From the IMG/VR virus record IMGVR_UViG_3300021378_000004: 64,000 nt of DNA; one strand, 5' to 3'. Source of the DNA: a virus. The position numbers and the translations under genes are program-made. Numbering within the stretch: the stretch's first letter is position 1; each line of letters begins with the position of its first letter. The notes below the pieces were generated by a model. It was not told the DNA's origin, searched no databases, and was given only the letters and a program-made list of their open reading frames with translations. Positions 1-9,331 of this stretch are shown here, piece after piece.

Positions 1-827
1 ATCCTTTAAAACTTGATAGAGTTAAAGTAAGAGTTTATGGTATTCACACGTCAAATACTATTGATATACCAAATGAAGATTTGCCATGGGCAAATGTTTT
101 AATACCTGTTACAGAAGGTGGCACTTCTGGAATTGGAGCAAATTCTCAAATAAAAAATAGAGCACAAGTTTTTGGAATATTTTTAGATGGAAAAGATTCG
201 CAATGCCCTTTAGTTATGGGGTCAATTCCTAAAGTTGAAACAAAAAGAAATGATGTTAATGAATCGCCTTCGACAAAGAATGAATATGATGGAAGCTCAG
301 TTGTTCCTAATGCATCGCCACAAGGTGTTAAGCCTGGTGTGCCTTCAGTTAGTGAAGGCAATTTAATAGGACAGAATAACGCAGAAAAAGCATACAATTT
401 TTTCTTATCTAAAGAAGGTGGATCTTTTACAGCTGCACAAAGTGCTGGTATAATAGGAAACTTAATAGCAGAGTCTGGTAAAAACCTAAATCCAACTATA
501 GTTTCAGGATTTAAAGATGAAGGATCTTTTGGAATAGCGCAATGGAATCCAAGTAAGGCTGCAGGTTTTAGATTGCAAGAGCTTAAAAGATTTTGTAAAG
601 ATTCAAATTTAAATTTTAGGACACTATATGCTCAATTAAAATTTATAGTATATGAACTTGGAAAATATCCATATTTAGGCCTTGGTAAATTAAGAAAAGC
701 TCAAACACCTGAAGAGGCTTCGCGAATCTTTGAAAAATTTTATGAAAGACCGGCGCCTGGAAGTACACAAAAAAGAATAGCTTTTGCTCTTGAAATCGAT
801 AAAAAACTAGGAATTGGAGCTGCATAA
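1..827 (+). CDS. gp5: Baseplate hub gp5 N-terminal (OB-fold) domain fused to a phage tail lysozyme domain; 5'-truncated by the window edge
   Basis: Frame is open from base 3: PLKLDRVKVRVYGIHT..DLPWA..VFGIFLDG..PLVMGSIP is the gp5 OB motif. AAQSAGIIGNLIAESG..GIAQW..FEKFYERP matches Phage_lysozyme2-type muramidases with the catalytic Glu retained. Confidence 0.88.
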   Translation, partial: PLKLDRVKVRVYGIHTSNTIDIPNEDLPWANVLIPVTEGGTSGIGANSQIKNRAQVFGIFLDGKDSQCPLVMGSIPKVETKRNDVNESPSTKNEYDGSSVVPNASPQGVKPGVPSVSEGNLIGQNNAEKAYNFFLSKEGGSFTAAQSAGIIGNLIAESGKNLNPTIVSGFKDEGSFGIAQWNPSKAAGFRLQELKRFCKDSNLNFRTLYAQLKFIVYELGKYPYLGLGKLRKAQTPEEASRIFEKFYERPAPGSTQKRIAFALEIDKKLGIGAA

Positions 828-3043
828 TGGCTGATAAATCATTTATTAATATGAAAGCTGGTGATAAACCAAGAGGCGCTAATGAAAATAGTACATTTAA
901 CGGTACAGTATTAACGATAGGTAGACCAGAAGTAATTGCAAAATTAACAGATATAAAAGTTGCTAAAAGTCAAACTAGCGATAAGAAAGCTTTTGTTACT
1001 AATAATCTCACATCAATATTTAATGATCTTTCTCAATATACTTATAATGGCAGTGTCATATCTTTAAAAAGCTTTCATCAAAGAATTAGAATAGAATATG
1101 AAAAACCTGAAGTAACACAAGCAGAGTTTGAAGCAGCTGCTTCGCCTGAAATGTTAGCTTTTCAACAAAAAATGATTGCTGATATTGGTGGTCCAATGAG
1201 AGCTTCTGCTTCGACTTTAAATGTTCAAGAAATTACTGGCAATGCATCACCTTTTAATGTTTTAGGTGCAACTTTTGGTGGATTCAAAGGATTACAAGAA
1301 GGATCAAAACCTACAGCTAATTTTACCAAAAGAGTAAGAATAGCTAAAATGGAGCCAGGCGCAGCCGACGGATCAGGAGACGCAACGTCATCCCAAACGT
1401 CGAATTTAACAACATTGTTTAAAAAAACTAATTTATCCACTAATAATTTAAATAAAGTGGTATTTACACAAGGTAGTGTTAATGCAATAATGGACGAATT
1501 AAAAGTTAGAACTTCTGCAAACTCGAGTAAAATAAAAGAAACAGCTCAATCTGTTTTACCTACAAATCTTTCTACTAAAATTTTAGAACAAGCAACAGTT
1601 GCTATTAATGATAAAGATGCTGGAATTACAGTTGAAAGTAAAATGACTAAAGAAGTACAAACTGAAGTTAAAACAAAACTTCGCGAAGCTCAAAACGCGG
1701 GTATAGACTTAGATCCTAATGCGTTAATTCCAGGAGCTGGTAGATCCGGATCTAATACGTTTGCTAACTTGTTAGGTAAAGTGAAAGGAATAAAAGCTCA
1801 ATTTCCTCCAAGTATTAAAAATTTAATGAAAGGATTACCAGATGGTGTTATCTCACCAAAATTAGGCACAAAAATTCCAAATATAATAGAAGGTGTAGAT
1901 CCAATTACTGGAAAACTTTCACTAGATACGAATACAAATAAATTAATACAAAAAGGCTCTTTGACGCCGAATATGACACCAGGTAATATATCTAATTTAG
2001 GTTTTAATAAATCTACGTGGGCTGGATATAATACGCCTAAAACACATAAATTTGAATTTGTAGATACTTCTGATGAATTAGAAACTGAATTTTCAAATAG
2101 TTCTAGAATAAAAACAGGAAATAATAATCAGGTTGTAGCTTTTATTGTAGGTTGGACTGATAAAATTTGGGGTCCACCAGAAAAAGTGAACGCTAATTCC
2201 ATTCATGAAATATCAAAAACAAATGACTTACAAAATTTAATTGATAGCGAAAAAAACATTAAAAGTGCATTAGTTAAAATAAATGTTAAACCTAAGATTT
2301 ATGGAATACAAGCTCATTACTTAATATTGACAGATGGAAGAATACAAAGAGGTAGACCTATAGATGAAACTAGAAATCCAAATAGTTCTTCTTTTGATTT
2401 AACTGGTGTTCAAGTTACTATTGTTGCAAACACTGAAAATCCAGTTAATGATGAGCAATTAGCATCATTAAAAAAACTAGTATCTAAAGCTTATAAAGTT
2501 TTGCCAGGTGTTAATTTATTTGGTGATTATGAAATGGATGCAAATAAAATAGGTCCAGGAATAGATATGGATTCTTTAAGAGATGTATATGGCAAAATAA
2601 ACTCTATTGATAATCCAGAAGAAGGTGGTAATGGGCCTAATAGAAAACAAATAGTTTATATAAAGCCTTCAGTTATTGCTCAAGGTTCCAAAACAAAATC
2701 AGTAGAACCTTTTAGTTTTAGTAAAATACAAAGTAAATTTGAAAATATAGATTTAGTTACTGGTAAAGAGTTACCAGCTAACGAAGAAGAAAATATAACT
2801 AATTTAAAAACAGCTTTAAACGATATAGGAAGTGGAAAATTGAATTTAAAAGATAAAATAAATAAGGCGGTTAATGAAGCTAAAGGTTCAAATATTAAAG
2901 TTACTAATGATACAGATATTAAATCTTTAACACCAGCATTAGATACGAATAAAACTAAAATTGATGGTTTTGCTAAAGATCTTGGCATAAAAACAGTAGA
3001 TGGCGCAAAATCATTAGCTCGAGCATTTGGATTTGGAGTATAA
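827..3043 (+). CDS. Baseplate hub-associated protein with a degenerate Amidase_2 (T7 lysozyme/PGRP-like) domain
   Basis: AHYLILTDGRIQRGRP..QLASLKKLV..LFGDYEM..KIGPG aligns by eye to the amidase_2 pattern. It lies between the two gp5 halves and overlaps the upstream stop (TAATG). Confidence 0.6.
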   Translation: MADKSFINMKAGDKPRGANENSTFNGTVLTIGRPEVIAKLTDIKVAKSQTSDKKAFVTNNLTSIFNDLSQYTYNGSVISLKSFHQRIRIEYEKPEVTQAEFEAAASPEMLAFQQKMIADIGGPMRASASTLNVQEITGNASPFNVLGATFGGFKGLQEGSKPTANFTKRVRIAKMEPGAADGSGDATSSQTSNLTTLFKKTNLSTNNLNKVVFTQGSVNAIMDELKVRTSANSSKIKETAQSVLPTNLSTKILEQATVAINDKDAGITVESKMTKEVQTEVKTKLREAQNAGIDLDPNALIPGAGRSGSNTFANLLGKVKGIKAQFPPSIKNLMKGLPDGVISPKLGTKIPNIIEGVDPITGKLSLDTNTNKLIQKGSLTPNMTPGNISNLGFNKSTWAGYNTPKTHKFEFVDTSDELETEFSNSSRIKTGNNNQVVAFIVGWTDKIWGPPEKVNANSIHEISKTNDLQNLIDSEKNIKSALVKINVKPKIYGIQAHYLILTDGRIQRGRPIDETRNPNSSSFDLTGVQVTIVANTENPVNDEQLASLKKLVSKAYKVLPGVNLFGDYEMDANKIGPGIDMDSLRDVYGKINSIDNPEEGGNGPNRKQIVYIKPSVIAQGSKTKSVEPFSFSKIQSKFENIDLVTGKELPANEEENITNLKTALNDIGSGKLNLKDKINKAVNEAKGSNIKVTNDTDIKSLTPALDTNKTKIDGFAKDLGIKTVDGAKSLARAFGFGV

Positions 3044-3047
3044 TTAA

Positions 3048-4451
3048 ATGTCAATGGAATCTCAAAACTTTATAGTACCTGAAGGAAAAGCTAGCTCTTT
3101 AAAAAATAAAGAAAACGGCTTTTCTGATCCTAGCGGTATATTTCCTAAAGTTGAATATGAAGAAACATCATCAGTCAACGAAATAGCAAGAGGATTTAAA
3201 AGAGTAAACGTTGAACTAGGTGGTTCAGTAAAAGATATTGATTTTGATTTAAATGAAGAAGCAGTATCAACTTATCCTAATTCACAAGTTAAAGAAACTG
3301 CATCAGGTCATATTGTTGAATACGACGACACACCAGGCTCTGAAAGAGTTATGATAAGACATAATTCTGGTTCAGGCGTAGAAATGCGAGCAGATGGATC
3401 TGTAGTATATTCATCAACAAAAAATACAGTAAGAGTTACAGCACAAGATGAAAAGGTTGTAGTTGATGGAGATGGTGAACTACAATATAACGGTAACTTA
3501 AAACTAAAAGTTGCAGGAGATTTTGATGTTGAAGTTGGTGGAGACTTTAATGTAAACGTCAAAGGCGATATGGAACAAAATATAAGAAGAGGCCTTATTA
3601 CTGATGTTGCTGGAACTGTTGAAACTCAAATTGTAGGAAGTAAGTCAGAAACTATTGGTGGAGGATCCACTACGCTAATACATGGTGACAAGAATGATAT
3701 TATAAAAGGATCATTCGCTGAAAATGTGCAGGTTGATCATAACTATGCCGCTGGAGGAACACTAACAATGACTGCTGAAAATGAAGTTACTCTTTCAACA
3801 AAGAGCGCTAACATTACAGCATCATCACTCGCAGTATTAGGTGACAGTGGAACTATTGGAGGTGCTAATATGGTCTACTATGGTCATACTGCGCACATAC
3901 CAAGAGTTAACTCAACTTCAGTTCATGCTACTGCAATGTATGCTACAACATTTCATGGTGACTTAACTGGTAAAGCAGATAATGCTAATCAAGCAGACTT
4001 TGCGACAACTGCAGGCGAAGCACCCAATGGAAGTGCTGGATCTCCTGGGACAAACGTAAATAATACTACAACTGCTGCAGATTCCGATACCGTCTTACCT
4101 ACAACAGCTATAATAAATGATGCATTAGAGAATTCAGGTGTGGCAATCAGAAGAGTTCATATTGATGACTTTAATCAATTGTTTAACAGATTAGATCGTA
4201 CAGCACATTACGGTGGTGTATCTAAGGTAGACTTAAATACTAAAGAAGCTAGATCAAAATTAAGAGATCCAAATAACGCAAGTAACACTACGTTTATTTC
4301 AGCTCTTATATCAGATGGCACAATATCACCTTTTGCTACAAGGCTTTCACCATTATCAACGGGTAGAATAGTTGGTAAAGAAACAGCAGCAAGAAGAGGA
4401 AATGACGAATTAGGTAGAAGTCAAAACTCAACTAAATTATATAAGGCATAA
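3048..4451 (+). CDS. gp5: gp5 C-terminal part (beta-helix spike)
   Basis: YPNSQVKETASGHIVEYDDTPGSERVMIRHNSGSGVEMRADG motif followed by VxGD/VxG beta-helix repeats. Confidence 0.85.
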   Translation: MSMESQNFIVPEGKASSLKNKENGFSDPSGIFPKVEYEETSSVNEIARGFKRVNVELGGSVKDIDFDLNEEAVSTYPNSQVKETASGHIVEYDDTPGSERVMIRHNSGSGVEMRADGSVVYSSTKNTVRVTAQDEKVVVDGDGELQYNGNLKLKVAGDFDVEVGGDFNVNVKGDMEQNIRRGLITDVAGTVETQIVGSKSETIGGGSTTLIHGDKNDIIKGSFAENVQVDHNYAAGGTLTMTAENEVTLSTKSANITASSLAVLGDSGTIGGANMVYYGHTAHIPRVNSTSVHATAMYATTFHGDLTGKADNANQADFATTAGEAPNGSAGSPGTNVNNTTTAADSDTVLPTTAIINDALENSGVAIRRVHIDDFNQLFNRLDRTAHYGGVSKVDLNTKEARSKLRDPNNASNTTFISALISDGTISPFATRLSPLSTGRIVGKETAARRGNDELGRSQNSTKLYKA

Positions 4452-4453
4452 CA

Positions 4454-5086
4454 ATGGCAGTTTCAACAGTAGATTTATTGGTAGATCAAAAATACAATCC
4501 AGTATTTCAAGATTCAATAACAAGTAAAACAAAACTTGCGTCTGGAATATCAATGGCAAAGTTTCTTGGTGGTGACAACGATCCTGTAACATTGACACAT
4601 ATTACAGATGACAATCAAAAAGTTTTACTAGCAAAGCAATATGTATTACATGCAGAAGCAATGAAAACAATTAATTCTCAAGATTCAACAAAAGAATTTA
4701 AAGATTTTAGATTACAAGTTGTAGAAGGATTATATAGAGCAGAACCCGGTGAAAACTTAGATGTTAGTGACGGATTAAATTACTTAATGTCTAGAGGTTT
4801 AGCTGTTGTATATGAATTAATTGGATTAAACGGTAAAATTGCTATAGAAAAAACATTTGATTTAGCCGTATATTGGAAAGATAATATACAATTTGATAAA
4901 ATGATTTTAGATTACGATAATTATAATCCAGATGGCACACTTAATGCTCAAATTATATTAGTAATGCCTGAAGTAATATCACCTTGGACTGTTACATTTA
5001 ATAATAACGTAGAAACAAGATATAATAATATTAATCAGGTTACAAATGAATTATTAGAGGTATTAAGAACAACTGTTGACGCATAA
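4454..5086 (+). CDS. Hypothetical baseplate protein, degenerate peptidase M15-like fold
   Basis: KLASGISMAKF..VVEGLYR..GLAVVY..FDKMILDY resembles phage M15A peptidases (SGYR..HxxGxAxD..FDQLILEY..WVH) but lacks the metal ligands. Confidence 0.5.
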   Translation: MAVSTVDLLVDQKYNPVFQDSITSKTKLASGISMAKFLGGDNDPVTLTHITDDNQKVLLAKQYVLHAEAMKTINSQDSTKEFKDFRLQVVEGLYRAEPGENLDVSDGLNYLMSRGLAVVYELIGLNGKIAIEKTFDLAVYWKDNIQFDKMILDYDNYNPDGTLNAQIILVMPEVISPWTVTFNNNVETRYNNINQVTNELLEVLRTTVDA

Positions 5087-5090
5087 CTTA

Positions 5091-5098
5091 TATAAATA
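5091..5098 (+). promoter_or_regulatory. T4-type late promoter
   Basis: Exact TATAAATA, intergenic, upstream of gp25. Confidence 0.8.
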
Positions 5099-5115
5099 GA
5101 TCAAAAGGAAACATA

Positions 5116-5559
5116 ATGCCAATAAGAGCTTTTTCAATTGAAGATGGTAATATAGGAACTAGTAATTTAATTTCAAGTAGAACTGAAACTTATAAAGATA
5201 TTGATTTAACTTTTACAAACAAAGCATCTGGTGACATTTTTAAAAAAGAACATGCTGCTTCTGTAAAACAAGCAATTAAAAATTTATTATTAACAAACTT
5301 TAGTGAAAAGCCTTTCCAACCAAGATTTGGTGGTAATTTAAATTCTTTTCTTTTTGCTTTAAACACAGATGTTGATGATGAAGATTTAAGAGATCAAATA
5401 ATACAAGCAGTTGAAATATTCGAACCAAGAATTCAAATATTAAATATTGATACAAATTTACGCGATGATTCACACGAAATAAAAGTCACAATTACTTTTA
5501 AAATGATTAATACATCACAAATTGAAAGTACACAAGTGAACTTAACGAGGTTAAGATAA
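5116..5559 (+). CDS. gp25: Baseplate wedge subunit gp25
   Basis: YKDIDLTF..SVKQAIKNLLLTNFSEKPFQPRFG..FEPRI motif; directly upstream of gp6. Confidence 0.93.
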   Translation: MPIRAFSIEDGNIGTSNLISSRTETYKDIDLTFTNKASGDIFKKEHAASVKQAIKNLLLTNFSEKPFQPRFGGNLNSFLFALNTDVDDEDLRDQIIQAVEIFEPRIQILNIDTNLRDDSHEIKVTITFKMINTSQIESTQVNLTRLR

Positions 5560-7386
5560 ATGGCAACAACTATTAGATCAACTCAATTAGATTTTAACAC
5601 TATTAAAAGTAGGTTAAAAGATTATTTAAAGCAACAAACAGAATTTGCTGATTACGATTTTGAAGCATCAGGTTTAAGTAATATATTAGATGTATTGGCA
5701 TATAATACACATTTTATGGGTTTAAATGCAAACTTTGCTCTTAACGAATCGTTCATAAACACAGCGCAACTTCGAAGCTCTGTGACATCACTAGCAGAAG
5801 GATTAGGATACGTTCCAAAATCATATTCTTCATCAAAAGCAGACTTAAATCTTGCTGTTCAAATATCAGCAGAGACAAGACCGACTCTTATAACTTTGCC
5901 AAGAGGCACATCATTTACGTCAAGTGTTGGAGAAATTTCATATACCTTTCAAACAAGAGAAAATTTTATAGGTATAGATGATGGAACAGGACTATATCAG
6001 TTTTTAAATTCTATAGATGGTGTAGCTATACCAGTTTTTGAAGGTACAGAAAAAACTAAAACTTTTTTTGTAGGTGACGTAGCTGATAATCAAGTATATG
6101 TAATTCCAGATATTACAATGGACACTTCAACTATACGCGTAAGAGTTTTTCCAACTGCAAGTTCATCTTCATTTGATACTTATATTAACATACAACGCGC
6201 ATTGAGAATTAATGATGATTCAAAGTTTTTTCAAATAAAAGAAGTTCCAAATGGATTTTACGAAATACTATTTGGCGATGGCACAACTTCAGGAAAAGCA
6301 CCAGTTGCTGGTAATAAAATAGTAATTGATTATTTATCAACACAAGGTACAGTTGCAAATAATGCTTCTTCGTTTTCGCCATCATCGGATATTACTGTTA
6401 ATGGCGTAGATTATACTCTTGTGACAACAACTGAGGCTGCCTCTGCTGGTGGTGCATATAAAGAAAGTATTGAGTCTATAAGACAAAACGCTCCTATAGC
6501 TTTTACTTCTCAAAGAAGATTAGTAACTGCAGAAGATTATAAAGCTCAAATACAATCAAATTATGGCGGATTTTTAGATGATGTAACATCATACAGTGGT
6601 GCAGATTCTATACCAGCAATATACGGAGTAACGTATATTGGTTTAAAATTTAAAGCAGGTGTAAGTGCATCAAGACAACAAAATGTTAAAGACCGAATTA
6701 AAACAGACCTTACAGATAATATGGCAATTATGTCGATAAATACAGAATATGTAGATCCTGTAACAACTTTATTAGAAATTTCAACTACCTTTAATTTAGA
6801 TCCAGATTTAACAGGTTCAACTTCACAAGCTCTTCAAACACAAGTTCAAAATACAATAAACAATTTTTTTACAACTAATCTTAAAAAATTTAATAAAGTT
6901 TTTAGAAGATCTAATTTATTAACTCTTATAGACGCTTTGGACCCATCAATTTTAAACTCTAAAATGGAAATTAAGTTAAAACAAAGTTTTGTACCAACTG
7001 CTAATATACCTTTATCTTATACTATATCATTTCCAGTTTCCTTAGCTGAACCAGATGATACAATTTCGTCTTTAACAACTTCTCAATTTACTTTTAATTC
7101 TCAAACTTGCTCTATAAAAAATAAAGTAGGAACTACAAAATTACAAATAATATCAATAGATGGCACTATTGAAGTTGATAATATAGGAAGCTATAACAAT
7201 TTAACTGGGATAGTTAATTTAGTAGGATTTAAACCAACTTCATTTGAAGGAAGTGAAATAAGTATATCAGTATTTCCAGCAAATCAGAATACTATAAGAC
7301 CTTTAAGAAATTACATATTAGATATTGATACAACATCATCATCAAGAGCAGTCTTAGATTTTCAAAATACAGCGGTTAGTATATAA
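5560..7386 (+). CDS. gp6: Baseplate wedge subunit gp6
   Basis: LDFNTIKSRLKDYL..FADYDFEASGLSNILDVLAYNTH and QRRLVTAEDY motifs. Confidence 0.95.
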   Translation: MATTIRSTQLDFNTIKSRLKDYLKQQTEFADYDFEASGLSNILDVLAYNTHFMGLNANFALNESFINTAQLRSSVTSLAEGLGYVPKSYSSSKADLNLAVQISAETRPTLITLPRGTSFTSSVGEISYTFQTRENFIGIDDGTGLYQFLNSIDGVAIPVFEGTEKTKTFFVGDVADNQVYVIPDITMDTSTIRVRVFPTASSSSFDTYINIQRALRINDDSKFFQIKEVPNGFYEILFGDGTTSGKAPVAGNKIVIDYLSTQGTVANNASSFSPSSDITVNGVDYTLVTTTEAASAGGAYKESIESIRQNAPIAFTSQRRLVTAEDYKAQIQSNYGGFLDDVTSYSGADSIPAIYGVTYIGLKFKAGVSASRQQNVKDRIKTDLTDNMAIMSINTEYVDPVTTLLEISTTFNLDPDLTGSTSQALQTQVQNTINNFFTTNLKKFNKVFRRSNLLTLIDALDPSILNSKMEIKLKQSFVPTANIPLSYTISFPVSLAEPDDTISSLTTSQFTFNSQTCSIKNKVGTTKLQIISIDGTIEVDNIGSYNNLTGIVNLVGFKPTSFEGSEISISVFPANQNTIRPLRNYILDIDTTSSSRAVLDFQNTAVSI

Positions 7387-8349
7387 ATGTCAATTGATTA
7401 TAAAAGTAAAAGAAGATTTAAATCTTTTCAAAATAGAAAAGTAAGAGAAGCGCTACCTGAGTTTTATACTTCTGAATTTCCGACTTTAGTTACATTTCTA
7501 GAAAAATATTACAATTTTATAGATTCTGCTGATGGGACGCATGCCTTTGGAAGCAACGCCCAGCAGTTTTTTGCTAAAAAAGATATAAAAGAAATGCCAG
7601 CAAACTTACTTAATAATTTAGTTAGTGAGTTAGGTGGCGGTTTAAAAACAGGAGAAAATTTTACTGATACACGTTATGCTTTAACTAGACTAGCCGATCT
7701 TGCAAAACTAAAAGGCAGCAGATTCTCATTAGAAGAATTTTTTAGATTATTCTTTCAGCAAAAAGCTGAAGTTGAATATGGTAAAGAATCTATGTTTCTT
7801 ATTGGAGATTCAGCAAGTCAAATTGGAGTTGATTCAATAAAATTTATACAAAATAATGAACTCTTTCAAACTTTTGGGCTATTAATAAAATCAGAAATAT
7901 CTGTAGATACATGGAGTGAGCTTTATAAAAAGTTTGTTCATCCATCTGGTTTCTTTTTTGCAGGACAAGTTGTTTCTGATACTGAAGCTATAACTTCTCC
8001 AATTGGAGAAATATCAATACCAGATTCTGCAGCTGATCCTGTAATAATATCAGAAGCAATATTATCTGCAACGTTACCGTTTGTGCAATCAACTGTATTA
8101 ATTGATTCAGGTGGAGGTACAGTGAGATCTAATCTAAACGAGGTTGTGAGTGATTATCAAGACTTTACTTTAGCGCAATTAGATACAACTTATCATTCAG
8201 TCAAACAAGTTATAACACCTAATTCATTTACTTTTGATGACAGCAGTATTAGAGATAGCGATGAAAATGCAACTCCAGACTTCTCAATGACATTAGAAAC
8301 TATGGATAATCAAATATTTACAAGGCGTGTAACTGACTCGTCTTTCTAG
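7387..8349 (+). CDS. gp7: Baseplate wedge subunit, short gp7-like
   Basis: LPEFY..LVTFLEKYY, KGSRFSLEEFFRLFF and YKKFVHPSGFFFAG motifs; follows gp6. Confidence 0.7.
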   Translation: MSIDYKSKRRFKSFQNRKVREALPEFYTSEFPTLVTFLEKYYNFIDSADGTHAFGSNAQQFFAKKDIKEMPANLLNNLVSELGGGLKTGENFTDTRYALTRLADLAKLKGSRFSLEEFFRLFFQQKAEVEYGKESMFLIGDSASQIGVDSIKFIQNNELFQTFGLLIKSEISVDTWSELYKKFVHPSGFFFAGQVVSDTEAITSPIGEISIPDSAADPVIISEAILSATLPFVQSTVLIDSGGGTVRSNLNEVVSDYQDFTLAQLDTTYHSVKQVITPNSFTFDDSSIRDSDENATPDFSMTLETMDNQIFTRRVTDSSF

Positions 8350-8357
8350 TATAAATA
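8350..8357 (+). promoter_or_regulatory. T4-type late promoter
   Basis: Exact TATAAATA immediately after the gp7-like stop. Confidence 0.8.
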
Positions 8358-8378
8358 ACACTATAAGTAGGATAGCAA

Positions 8379-9320
8379 ATGACAAGACAAAATATAAACA
8401 TAGGTTCTTCAGCTAACGATGGAACAGGCGACACTTTACGTTCTGCAGGAACTAAGATAAATGCTAATTTTCAAGAAATTTATACACAACTTGGAGGAAA
8501 TAGCTCTACGCTTAGTGAATTAGTTAAATTAAAAGATTCAGCTACTATTGGTACTATACAATTTGAAGGAACAAGCGCAGACTCTCATGAAACAAAATTG
8601 ATTGCAACTAATCCTACTGCAGATAGAACAATTTCTTTGCCAAATGCAACTGGTACAATTATTTTACAAAATACTACAGACACTTTAACAAATAAAACTT
8701 TAACCACACCAACAATAGCATCTATAATAAATGGCGGTACAGTTACAATCCCTTCTGGTGCAGATACTTTAGTTGCTAGAACTTCAACAGACACTTTAAC
8801 AAATAAAACTTTAACCACACCAACTATAAATTCACCTATAATTGGCACTGCAATAAATGATGCAAATGGAAACGAAATTATAAAAATAACTGCAAACTCA
8901 AATGCTGTAAATGAGATAACAATTGCAAATGGTGCATCAATAACAGGTCCTACAATATCAGCAACAGGCAATGGAACAAATTTAAATTTACGTCTTGCAT
9001 CAAAGGGAACTGGATCTGTTAGTTTATCAAAAGCTTCTTTTACATCAGCTACAATTACAGCAAATGGTGCAGCAAATAGTGGTGTAACATACATAATAGG
9101 AAATAAAGGTTCAGCTCTTGCTGTAAGTTTAGCGGATGGAACCACTGTTGGAGAATATAAAATATTTACAAATAAAGGAGCAGGTGTAATGACTGTAACT
9201 CCTTCAAATTTTTCACAAGGAACAACGTTTGCACTTGCACAAAATGATGGATGTACTTGTATATGGGACGGGTCAAACTGGTTTCTTATAGGTAATCAAG
9301 GCGAAGTGACAGTAGCATAA
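8379..9320 (+). CDS. Baseplate/tail-fibre connector with gp9/gp10-type N-terminus
   Basis: MTRQNINIGSSANDGTGDTLRSAGTKINANFQEIY is the gp9/gp10 N-terminal motif; contains TDTLTNKTLT repeats. Confidence 0.75.
   Translation: MTRQNINIGSSANDGTGDTLRSAGTKINANFQEIYTQLGGNSSTLSELVKLKDSATIGTIQFEGTSADSHETKLIATNPTADRTISLPNATGTIILQNTTDTLTNKTLTTPTIASIINGGTVTIPSGADTLVARTSTDTLTNKTLTTPTINSPIIGTAINDANGNEIIKITANSNAVNEITIANGASITGPTISATGNGTNLNLRLASKGTGSVSLSKASFTSATITANGAANSGVTYIIGNKGSALAVSLADGTTVGEYKIFTNKGAGVMTVTPSNFSQGTTFALAQNDGCTCIWDGSNWFLIGNQGEVTVA
8676..8824 (+). repeat. 38-bp direct repeat (8676-8713, 8787-8824) encoding TDTLTNKTLTTPT
   Basis: acagacactttaacaaataaaactttaaccacaccaac occurs twice. Confidence 0.85.
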
Positions 9321-9331
9321 AGGAATAAGAT

